A stretch of DNA of 64,000 nucleotides, from contig CBDCNQ010000002.1 in the NCBI GenBank assembly GCA_965219445.1, positions 448,001 through 512,000 on the forward strand, in the 5' to 3' direction. A model generated the notes under the pieces. It did not search any database. It saw only the letters and a list, made by a program, of their open reading frames with translations, and was not told where the DNA came from. The translations under genes were made by a program, and so were the position numbers. Below, one piece after another: positions 9,848 to 18,394 of this stretch. Source of the DNA: Longimicrobiales bacterium. GTDB taxonomy: Bacteria; Gemmatimonadota; Gemmatimonadetes; Longimicrobiales; Gaopeijiaceae. The stretch's first letter is position 1. Each line of letters begins with the position of its first letter.

Positions 9848-10663
9848 TCAGGGCAGGAGTGCGGATGCCTTGAAGACCCGGTAGCGATAAGCAACGAGCC
9901 CCCGTTTCAGGCACTGGCGCAAGGCGTTGCCCCCCAGGTGGCTTTCGAGCCTCGCGCTCAGCGAGACGAAGGGCCTCGCGAGGGTGATGAGGAGGCCTAG
10001 CGCCCGATCTCGGGGGCGGTCGAGCTCGAGGAACGGAGTCAGATCCCGGTCTTCCACGAGCTCGAGTCCTTGCTCGGCCGCGAGAGCATTCACTGTCTCC
10101 GAGCGTAGGAGCGAGCTGGCGAGCCACCCTCGGCGGAACTCACGCAGCCACGGATCGTCGTCGGCGCCGGCGAGAAAGTCATCGCAAATCACGAGATATC
10201 CACCTGCGGAGAGTGCTCTCGCCACGTTCTGGAAGAACAATCGGGCATCCGGCGCCTGGACGAAGGATTCGATCGCATAGGCCATGTCGACCGGCCCTTC
10301 AAGAGTCGCCGAGCAGAAATCGAGCTCGGATATGACCGCCCGCCCGTCGAGTCGAGCGCGTGCGAGCTCTGCCTGAACCCCGCTGTTGGTGACGCCCAAG
10401 CCCACCACCTCCGTCTCGCGAAGTAGATATTCCAGGCTCGCGCCGACGCCGCAGCCGAGGTCGAGTATGCGCCGCGCGCCGCTTTCCGCGATTCGGCTCT
10501 TCAGAAGATCGTGTACAAAGTGGAACGCCTCCTCGCGGCGAACGACACCCTCACCCCAAACCGCTCGATGAATGACGCCTTGTGCGCCGCCTTGGCCGTG
10601 AGCGAGAAAGCTCGCCGTATTCTGGTCGTAGTAGCGTGCCACGCGGGCGCTTTCGAATCTCAC
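9848..10663 (-). CDS. Class I SAM-dependent methyltransferase
   Basis: ILDLGCGVGAS motif I; AYAIES; sterol/tocopherol methyltransferase-like layout. Confidence 0.88.
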   Translation of the reverse strand: MRFESARVARYYDQNTASFLAHGQGGAQGVIHRAVWGEGVVRREEAFHFVHDLLKSRIAESGARRILDLGCGVGASLEYLLRETEVVGLGVTNSGVQAELARARLDGRAVISELDFCSATLEGPVDMAYAIESFVQAPDARLFFQNVARALSAGGYLVICDDFLAGADDDPWLREFRRGWLASSLLRSETVNALAAEQGLELVEDRDLTPFLELDRPRDRALGLLITLARPFVSLSARLESHLGGNALRQCLKRGLVAYRYRVFKASALLP

Positions 10664-10897
10664 GAGAAGGACGTTACAGCCAGATGATCCTCACGGCTGA
10701 CCGTCACTCGGTCCGACATATTCACGCCCTCAACGGTAAGACAGTTCGACAAGCCACCCAGACAGTGGCGGGAACGTAGGTGACCATGAGGAGCATGGCC
10801 ACGATCCTTGGCGAAAGTCCTGCCCTTCCCATAGATTTTCCGCGCCCGCGCCGTTGCCGCGCGTGCCCGAGGGGGCTGGCCGGGCGGAAGTGATCGG

Positions 10898-11278
10898 TTG
10901 AACCCATTGGAAGAGGTGCCAATCTGGTGGTCGCTGATCCTGGGACAAGTCCTCTTCGCAGGATTTCTCACCATGATCATGGGCTGGCGAGGGGACTCTT
11001 CGGCGGGGGCCGGCTTCAAGACCGGCGCACTCGTAGGGCTGGTGTTGGGGCTCAGCCTCAACTTCACGTTCTACGGGACCGCAAATATTGCGAATCTCAC
11101 GGCCACCCTCGTCGATCCGATCATTGTCGTGATCCAGACTGGCATCACCGGTGCGGTCATCGGCACGGTTCTGGGCACGGGCAGCGCCGCCGCCGTGCCA
11201 GCCCACGCCAGCGCACCGCCTCCACCGCCGGCTCCGGCCGCGGACGAGCACACCGGAGAGCACTCGGCAGGCATGTAA
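10898..11278 (+). pseudogene. Membrane protein, probably N-terminally truncated (DUF1761-like)
   Basis: Three TM helices (PIWWSLILG, GFKTGALVG); weak TTG start with no evident RBS. Confidence 0.45.
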
Positions 11279-11280
11279 GC

Positions 11281-11510
11281 GCCCGGCATCATCGACACGC
11301 CGATCCGGACCCTCGATGTCGGCGAGTACGACGTCAGCGTCGCAGTCGTTTCTCGGGGCCCGGCGGGAGCGGGAGCGCGCCTCGCCGACCCGGCACGTCG
11401 GGGCCCGGGTGGACGGGTAGCGGCATGGAAGGTGGGGTGTCCCGTCAGGTTGCCGAGGGTGACATCATCATCATCCCAGCGGGCACGCCTCACTATTTCT
11501 CCGAGATTCT
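11281..11510 (+). pseudogene. Cupin-fold gene remnant in two reading frames
   Basis: IIDTPIRTLDVGEYDVSVAVV in one frame and GDIIIIPAGTPHYFSEI (cupin motif 2) in another; no start codon. Confidence 0.6.
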
Positions 11511-11517
11511 ACGGGCT

Positions 11518-12681
11518 TCAGGCTTCTCGTACTCCTTCCCCTTCCAGGTCTTTATCGAGGGAGACCCGGTTCTTCCCGAGGTCTTTTGCGCGGTACATGG
11601 CACTGTCGGCCGCACGGATGAGAGCCTCTTTCATCTTCTTCGGTTCTTTCCCCTCCCCTTTCTCTAAGGAAGCGATCCCCACACTGCAGGTGATCACCCC
11701 TTCGATATTCAGGGGCGGCTCTCCCGGGGAAGCCCCTTCCCTGACAAAAATATTCCTTTCAATGGCCTCCCGCAGCGTTTCACCATAGTCGTTACTTGTT
11801 TCGAGTGAGTCTCCCGGCAGGAGGATAACGAACTCGTCCCCGCCGTACCTGGCCGACGCCGCGCCTGAATCGAGAAACACTTCCTCAACGATGGTGGCAA
11901 CCTCCCTGAGCACCTGGCTTCCTATGAGGTGCCCGTGCGTATCGTTCACTTCTTTGAAGTGATCGAGGTCGAAAAATATCAACGAGAGGTCGCTCCCCTC
12001 ATCGATCGCTTTTTGCGTTTCCATGTCCAGCCTTTCATGGAAATACCGATCGTTATAGAGGCCCGTCAGGTTGTCCCTTTTGGACAGGTCCTCAAAGCGT
12101 CTCGCATCGAGCGCATTCTTGATAAGTGTCGAAGTATAGCTCGCAAAAATTTCGAGGATGGAGACGTCCCTGTCGTCATAATTGACCTTCTCCTTCCTGT
12201 TGATCAGTTCGATAACGCCGACGACCGAGTCGTCGATCTTGATTGGCATGGAGAGGATCGACTTCGATTCGTATTTGGTCTGCTTGTCGATCGCGTCGTA
12301 GAATTTGTCGTCTTTCGAGATGTCTTTGCTGAGATAAGGCATACCGCTTTGATAGGTGGCCCCGACAATCCCCACATCGTGCGGAAGGTGGGTGCCCGCA
12401 AGCTCCGATGAGCCGACCCCGAAGCAGGCCATACAATAGAGTTTCCCCTCATGTTCCTTGTCCCACTTGAGGAGGGGGTCGTCGAGGAGAATAGAGCCGG
12501 AATCGGAAGGGACGAATTCGTTCGCCCGCAGCAGGATTTGCCTGAGCACCTCTTTTAGATCGACCGCCCGAGCGGGATGCCTCCTCTTGGTTTTCCTCTG
12601 GAGGATGCGGTCGATAATCGTATCGTCCGCAATATAGGTGGCCAGCCCCTTATCCGTTCTCGTTGAAGACGCGTCAGCCAT
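11518..12681 (-). CDS. GAF-GGDEF diguanylate cyclase
   Basis: GAF (SILSMPIK..VVGVIELIN); DNLTGLYN, DLDHFKEVNDTHGH, ARYGGDEF, ADSAMYRAK. Confidence 0.93.
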   Translation of the reverse strand: MADASSTRTDKGLATYIADDTIIDRILQRKTKRRHPARAVDLKEVLRQILLRANEFVPSDSGSILLDDPLLKWDKEHEGKLYCMACFGVGSSELAGTHLPHDVGIVGATYQSGMPYLSKDISKDDKFYDAIDKQTKYESKSILSMPIKIDDSVVGVIELINRKEKVNYDDRDVSILEIFASYTSTLIKNALDARRFEDLSKRDNLTGLYNDRYFHERLDMETQKAIDEGSDLSLIFFDLDHFKEVNDTHGHLIGSQVLREVATIVEEVFLDSGAASARYGGDEFVILLPGDSLETSNDYGETLREAIERNIFVREGASPGEPPLNIEGVITCSVGIASLEKGEGKEPKKMKEALIRAADSAMYRAKDLGKNRVSLDKDLEGEGVREA

Positions 12682-12790
12682 TCAGCATCACCAGGGCTCC
12701 CTGCCTTCGCGTGGCATTGCCATCCTTTCGGTAGGAACAAGACTGTCCTCTCAAACAGCCTAAGTCCAAGTAGAGCTTCCACTTCCCGAA

Positions 12791-12836
12791 GCGTCCCGGG
12801 CAGGAATCGAACCTGCGACCTACTGCTTAGAAGGCA
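12791..12836 (-). pseudogene. 3' fragment of tRNA-Arg(TCT), att-like site
   Basis: Minus strand TGC-CTTCTAA-GCAGTAGGTC-GCAGG-TTCGATT-CCTGC-CCGGGACG gives anticodon loop, T-arm and acceptor 3' strand; no D-arm or 5' acceptor strand upstream. Confidence 0.88.
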
Positions 12837-12985
12837 AGCTCAAATGGGTACCAGATTCCGACAAGAAACAGTATAAACCATTGGCGGGCTGCACGATATG
12901 CCGTTGTCCGCCTGATCCAATGTCGGAATCCACCGTCCTGAATCGACAGTAACCGACCGTTCCTACATTCTTGGGGTCTACTCGT

Positions 12986-13273
12986 TCACGGGACAGACCG
13001 GCAGATAGGGGAGAGCTCGACCGTGAGCTCCCTTTGGCGGCTTTCGGCGTTCGCTGTGGATGTTACCTCGCAGACGTAGTGCGTCGGACGCTGTGCTCGG
13101 ATGCAGGCGTTATCGCCCTTGAGGTGGGCGAGCAGTCGCTCACGAATATTACCCTTACCGACGTATATCCAAGTGGAGCCCGCGGAGATTCCGTAGACCC
13201 CGTACTGTCCAATTCTCAACTCCCCAATTCCTGCCTGCGTGAAAGGACGCGGGTATTGCTGAGTGAAGGCCAT
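12986..13273 (-). CDS. Small standalone GIY-YIG nuclease-like protein
   Basis: GVYGI...IYVGKGNIRERLLAH...RE pattern, 95 aa. Confidence 0.7.
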   Translation of the reverse strand: MAFTQQYPRPFTQAGIGELRIGQYGVYGISAGSTWIYVGKGNIRERLLAHLKGDNACIRAQRPTHYVCEVTSTANAESRQRELTVELSPICRSVP

Positions 13274-13480
13274 TTCCGTACCTGAGAGTTGACGTTTCCT
13301 AACGAAACAACATCACCTTGGCAGCGCCACGGCGATACCTACGAGCCTGAACCGAGCCTCATGACCGGATGAAAGTCCCCAACAAAACGCTTGCCTGCAC
13401 TCGGATCTCCGTCGCATTGTTTAGTAACAGTCTATTCACGAAGCCGTTCCCCCCGACGGCGAGACGACGGTGCATGTATC

Positions 13481-13951
13481 ATGGCTTCTCCCAGCAAGAT
13501 ATCGAACGCGTTGATCCCCGTCGTTGAGGACAATCCCGACGATGCGGCATTGATCCAGGCGGTGTTCGACGTGAGCCTGGTCCACACCAAGACTCAGTTG
13601 GTCGTCAGTGGTTGGGAGGCTCGGTTGTACCTTGCGGGGGAGTCGCCGTATGAGGACCGGTACTGGAATCCACTTCCATCGCTCATCGTCCTCGACCTCG
13701 GGTTACCGGACGGTGCCGGATTCGAGCCTGGTTTCGAGATCCTGGCGTGGCTCGCGGAACGAGAAGAGGTTTCCGGGATCCCGGTCATTGTATTTACGGC
13801 ATCCGAAGATCCCGAGCACGCCCGGAGGGCCTACGCGTTGGGAGCGCGACGCTTCTTGCGGAAAGCCGATGATTACGAAAATTTGACCGAAGCGGTCAAG
13901 GAAGCACTCGACCGGTGTATCGAAACGCAGCAACGCGAGGCGATCAGCTGA
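13481..13951 (+). CDS. Single-domain response regulator (CheY/Rcp1-like)
   Basis: VEDNPDD, LDLGLP, FTAS, FLRK receiver motifs. Confidence 0.88.
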   Translation: MASPSKISNALIPVVEDNPDDAALIQAVFDVSLVHTKTQLVVSGWEARLYLAGESPYEDRYWNPLPSLIVLDLGLPDGAGFEPGFEILAWLAEREEVSGIPVIVFTASEDPEHARRAYALGARRFLRKADDYENLTEAVKEALDRCIETQQREAIS

Positions 13952-14222
13952 TTCTGGCCACGGAGCCTCCTAACTAGCCATCCCTCCACAGAAAGCCGGC
14001 CACCCCCGTCGTTCGGAGGTGGCGGTAGCAACCGACAGTGATGGGCAGCGGTCTCGTCCATGCAGGGAGCGTTGCAGGAGGGACACACGCCGCCCCGGAC
14101 TTCGTCTTCGACCCAGACCCTGCCCAGGTCGGCCTGTGCGCTTTATCATATGGGTGTTCCAGCGCCCGGTTCTCGGATGAGGCCGTTGGTGGGGAGGCGT
14201 GAGTTCAATGAGGGCCTAGGGT

Positions 14223-14606
14223 ATGACTCGGACGATGCTGGCCGGCAAAATCCATCGGGCGACGGTGACCGAGGTCAACGTCGATTATGAGGGCTCGATA
14301 ACGATCGATCCGAGCCTCCTGGAGGCCTCCGGGATCCTGCCGTACGAAAAGGTCCAGGTTCTGGACATCACGAATGGCGCTCGGGTGGAAACCTACGCCA
14401 TCGAGGGCGAACGGGGGGCGGGTGAAGTCTGCGTCAACGGTGCGGCGGGGCATCTGATCCACGAGGGAGACTTGGTTATCATCCTCCATTTCGCGCAGGT
14501 CGGAGATGAAGAAGCCCCCCACGTCAAGCCGAAGATCGTGCGGGTGGACGCGAGAAACCACATCGCTTCCAAGCGCAGTCCGCTCCAAACCTACGCTGAC
14601 CGCTAG
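14223..14606 (+). CDS. panD: Aspartate 1-decarboxylase
   Basis: KIHRATVT, YEGSITID (Gly-Ser cleavage site), ETYAI, NGAAG. Confidence 0.96.
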   Translation: MTRTMLAGKIHRATVTEVNVDYEGSITIDPSLLEASGILPYEKVQVLDITNGARVETYAIEGERGAGEVCVNGAAGHLIHEGDLVIILHFAQVGDEEAPHVKPKIVRVDARNHIASKRSPLQTYADR

Positions 14607-14635
14607 TTTGCGTCGGTCCATGGGATCCACCTGCC

Positions 14636-15469
14636 GTGCGCGTTAGCATCCAGGACCTTCAAGTGTCGAAGGACCGGGGCGAGCGGTTTCCGGTCCTCAC
14701 GGCGTACGACTACCCCACCGCAAAGATCATCGACGAGCTTGGAATCCCCTTGATTCTCGTTGGGGATAGCTTGGGAAACGTGGTTCTCGGCTACGAATCG
14801 ACGGTCTTCGTGACGATGGATGAGATGCTCCACCACACGAAGGCGGTGACCCGTGGGGCGAAGCAGTCCCTGGTCGTGGGCGACATGCCGTTCATGAGCT
14901 ATCAGACGAATCCTGATGACGCTTTGACCAATGCTGCGCGGTTCCTGCGAGAAGGAGGAGCCCAGGCCGTAAAGCTCGAGGGCGGTGAGATTATGGCGGA
15001 GACGGTCCGCACCCTAACGGACCGCGGTATCGCCGTCATGGGCCACATCGGGTTCACGCCGCAGTCCGCGTATAAGATCGGGCAGCGGGTACAGGGTCGG
15101 TCTCTGGAGGCCGCCCGCAAGCTGGTTCGCGATGCTCAGGCGTTGGATGAGGCGGGAGCGTTCGCGGTCGTGTTGGAGTTGGTGCCCTCAGAGCTCGCGA
15201 AGGTGATTACGGATCGCATAAAGGTGCCAACGATCGGCATTGGTGCCGGCCCCGATTGCGATGCTCAGGTCCAGGTGATTAGTGATATCTTGGGCCTTTA
15301 CACCGATTTCGTACCGCGCCACGCCAAACGGTTCGCGAATCTGGCCGACGCCATCCGTGAAGGGGTGAAGGGTTACGCCGCCGAAGTGATGGACGGTAGC
15401 TTCCCAGCCGAAGAGCATGGCGCCGGGATGGAGGACGAGGTTCTGCGCGCACTGTTGAAGGACCTGTAG
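14636..15469 (+). CDS. panB: 3-methyl-2-oxobutanoate hydroxymethyltransferase
   Basis: LTAYD, LVGDSLG, DMPFMSY, VKLEGG, GHIGFTPQ. Confidence 0.96.
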   Translation: MRVSIQDLQVSKDRGERFPVLTAYDYPTAKIIDELGIPLILVGDSLGNVVLGYESTVFVTMDEMLHHTKAVTRGAKQSLVVGDMPFMSYQTNPDDALTNAARFLREGGAQAVKLEGGEIMAETVRTLTDRGIAVMGHIGFTPQSAYKIGQRVQGRSLEAARKLVRDAQALDEAGAFAVVLELVPSELAKVITDRIKVPTIGIGAGPDCDAQVQVISDILGLYTDFVPRHAKRFANLADAIREGVKGYAAEVMDGSFPAEEHGAGMEDEVLRALLKDL

Positions 15470-15487
15470 TCTCGCCGCTCTTAACGA

Positions 15488-16339
15488 ATGCAGATCCTTA
15501 CTACGATCGACGACTTCCGCTCAGTACGAGAGAAGATCCGCTCCACCGGGTCGTTGGGGTTCGTCCCGACGATGGGCTATCTGCACGATGGCCATCTCGA
15601 GTTGGTACGACACGCGCGTGTGGAGAATGGGAGGGTCGCCGTGTCCATTTTCATGAACCCGACTCAATTCGGCCCGGATGAGGACCTGCGTACTTACCCG
15701 CGCGACTTTGAAGGAGATCAGGCCCTTCTGGAGAAAGCGGGGTGTGACCTCCTCTTCTATCCAGCCGTGGAAGAAATGTACCCGCCCGACGGTGGGGATG
15801 TCCACGTATTGCCGGGGAAGCTGGCGACCGTGCTGGAGGGAGCTTCACGGCCGGGGCATTTCCGTGGCGTTGCAACGGTCGTGGCGAAACTCTTCAACAT
15901 TGTACAGCCAGAAAGAGCCTACTTCGGCCAAAAGGACGGTCAGCAGCTCGTGGTCATACGACGGATGGCACGGGACCTAGACTTTCCTGTTAAGATCGTT
16001 GCCGTGCCCACAGTACGCGAGCCGGACGGGTTGGCTATGTCTAGCCGCAATACCTACCTGAGTCCCGACGAGCGGTCGGGAGCGACCGTCCTCTACCGGG
16101 CCTTGATGCGCGCGCAGGAACTCCACTTGAAGGGAGAGCAAGACGCTAAGGTGCTCCGTGCAGCGGTGTTCGATGTCCTGGCCTCCGAGTGTCTCGCCGT
16201 GGCGGACTATGTTTCGATCGCCGACCCCGATACGCTGGAAGAGCTGGATTGGGTCGATGCCGACGCGCTGGTGTCGCTGGCCGTGCGAATCGGTCAGACT
16301 CGCCTCATCGATAACATCTTGCTAGGATCTCCAGCCTAG
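15488..16339 (+). CDS. panC: Pantoate-beta-alanine ligase
   Basis: FVPTMGYLHDGH, NPTQF, FGQKD, GLAMSSRN, RLIDN. Confidence 0.96.
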   Translation: MQILTTIDDFRSVREKIRSTGSLGFVPTMGYLHDGHLELVRHARVENGRVAVSIFMNPTQFGPDEDLRTYPRDFEGDQALLEKAGCDLLFYPAVEEMYPPDGGDVHVLPGKLATVLEGASRPGHFRGVATVVAKLFNIVQPERAYFGQKDGQQLVVIRRMARDLDFPVKIVAVPTVREPDGLAMSSRNTYLSPDERSGATVLYRALMRAQELHLKGEQDAKVLRAAVFDVLASECLAVADYVSIADPDTLEELDWVDADALVSLAVRIGQTRLIDNILLGSPA

Positions 16340-16644
16340 CTTAGGGCAAGCCAGAGCCTACTTCGGCACCACGGAACGAAGTTCGCCACAAACTCTTGGA
16401 GCCTGAGGAAGCTGTCGAGGCCAAAGAGCCTGTCAGCGTTGAATCGATTGCAGCGCGGCCACTCCACCACCACCCGCCTCACCGTCTCGCTCCAAAACAG
16501 AAGCGGCCACTCCCCCGCTCTGTCCGTCTCCACCTCGAACTCCTCGTGCTCACGCATCATGGAGAGGAACCACTCGTGTGCGTCACGGGCTGTGTGGATG
16601 CCGTAGGAACGTGATAGGCCGAAGGAGACCTCGGTGGGTGCCAT
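16336..16644 (-). CDS. Hypothetical protein or gene remnant
   Basis: 102-aa ORF converging on panC; no motif recognised. Confidence 0.3.
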   Translation of the reverse strand: MAPTEVSFGLSRSYGIHTARDAHEWFLSMMREHEEFEVETDRAGEWPLLFWSETVRRVVVEWPRCNRFNADRLFGLDSFLRLQEFVANFVPWCRSRLWLALS

Positions 16645-16867
16645 GCCCGAGTCAGGATATTCGCAGCGGACGGTTAAGCGGGGGTTCCGAGTCGATGGCT
16701 GCAGCTGAACTCAGCAGCGACTGACCAAAATTGTTGTCTGTAGAATATTACGTGTTTCCCCCACCTGACGTAGAATTGCACGGACCCAATCAGAGGAGGC
16801 GTTAGTCAGTGAAGTACTTCACTACGGGAGAAGCCTTGGAGGTTGGGTCAATAGGTGTGTAAATGTT

Positions 16868-18112
16868 TCAGGCGGCGTTTTTCCGCTGTTGGGTTGAGAC
16901 GGGCTTTCCGTCTTCGAACTTTCTTCCTTCAAATACGTCCTTGAGGAGGTGAGGAGCGTCGAGCCTTCTGAAGCGCTTCTCCGCCACCAAGAGCAGCTTC
17001 CAGATCAGCGCCGTAGCGCTCTCGACCCGCTTGAAGCGCTTCGCCGCCGTTGTCCTGAGCCGTACTGCGGCAAAGGGGCTCTCGACCACGTTCGTCGTGC
17101 GTAGATGCTTCCAGTGGTCCTCGGGGAAGTCGTAGAACGCCACCATCCGCTCCCAGTCGTCCTCGAGTACATCCACCGCCTTCGGATACCACGGTCTGTA
17201 GCGCCTGGCGAACGCCTCACGGGCCTTCAGCGCCTCGGACCGCCTCGGTGCGTAGACCACGGTCCTGAGAAGGTCCTTCGCCTCGCTCTGCTCCCGCTGA
17301 GGCAGCCGGTCCAGCACGTTCCTCATCTTGTGGTTCCAGCACCGTTGCTCGCCCGCCTCAGGCCATACCTGCCGTACTGCGCCCCAGATCGCCGCGTTGC
17401 CGTCCGCCATCAAAAGCCGGGGCGCCTCGATGCCGCGTGCCTTCAGATCCCGCAACACCTCGGACCAGGACTCGACCGACTCTCGGTAGCCCGATCTCAG
17501 GGCCAACACCTCCTTCGTACCATCTCGCATCGCACCGAGAACCACCAGCAGCGCTGCCTTGTCCCGCTCGAGCCCCGCCTTCACGTAGATCCCGTCCGCC
17601 CAGACGTAGACGACCTCACGGTCGGCCAGCGAGCGCTTCGACCATTCCTCGAATTTCCTTGTCCATCCCGCCCGCAGCCGCCAAATCGAAGACTTCGACA
17701 ACGGGGCCCCCTCGCCCAGCAGGCCCCGCATCGCCAGCTCGAAGTCTCCCTCCGCCAGCCCGTGCAGATACAGCTCCGGAAGCAGAGCACCCACCTCCTT
17801 CGTCCGTCGTGCGAACAACGGCAACACCCGACTCTCGAACCGCTCCTCAATGCCTCGAACCCGGGGCCGTCGGAGCATGATCGTGCCCGAGCTCATCGCC
17901 AGCCGCCGAGCCTTGCCGTAGCCGTTGCGGTAGCCTGGCGCCGGGTCTACGACCGTCTTCCGCTCCGACTTCTCCCGGCCGAGCAACTCCGTCACTTCCT
18001 CCTCCAGAATCCGCTGGACCATCTCCTGGGCCTTCTCACGAACCAGCGCTTCCAAGCACTCCCACGTCGGCGTGCTGGACTCACTCTCGGGTCCCACCAT
18101 ATTCTTCCTCAC
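16868..18112 (-). CDS. IS256-family (Mutator-like DDE) transposase
   Basis: YRNGY, VWADGIY, GYRES, ADG, QRCWNHKMRN, LRTTNVVES motifs. Confidence 0.95.
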   Translation of the reverse strand: MRKNMVGPESESSTPTWECLEALVREKAQEMVQRILEEEVTELLGREKSERKTVVDPAPGYRNGYGKARRLAMSSGTIMLRRPRVRGIEERFESRVLPLFARRTKEVGALLPELYLHGLAEGDFELAMRGLLGEGAPLSKSSIWRLRAGWTRKFEEWSKRSLADREVVYVWADGIYVKAGLERDKAALLVVLGAMRDGTKEVLALRSGYRESVESWSEVLRDLKARGIEAPRLLMADGNAAIWGAVRQVWPEAGEQRCWNHKMRNVLDRLPQREQSEAKDLLRTVVYAPRRSEALKAREAFARRYRPWYPKAVDVLEDDWERMVAFYDFPEDHWKHLRTTNVVESPFAAVRLRTTAAKRFKRVESATALIWKLLLVAEKRFRRLDAPHLLKDVFEGRKFEDGKPVSTQQRKNAA

Positions 18113-18394
18113 GAGGCATCGTTCCTTTCCCCCGGGCGCTCACCCGGGATTCGCTGGTTAACTTCTTACTACCTAGCGGAAAGGTACGTCGCCTCTTTTT
18201 TTACACACCCTTCTATGGGGCTGGCGGTCAAGACGCACCTTCCCCACGCGCCGTCGGCTCATTTTTTGACCGTCGGCGTCCGCATGGTTTGGATTGCCCG
18301 GTCGACGACTCAGGGTGGGGAGGGGTGCGCTCGCAGGGTCCGCATCGCAGTCCGGAAGACGTTCACAGCCGTCGCGTTCTCCGCTCTGGAGCGG

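Noticed and set aside
12791..12870. Intact tRNA-Arg gene
   Set aside because: The 5' acceptor strand and D-arm are absent; reported as a fragment.
13951..14222. pan RNA motif or riboswitch upstream of panD
   Set aside because: I could not identify the structure by eye; it needs an Rfam/Infernal scan.
16808..16823. Perfect 16-bp palindrome AGTGAAGTACTTCACT as an operator
   Set aside because: Single copy overlapping a putative start codon; no cognate regulator or second site to support a function.
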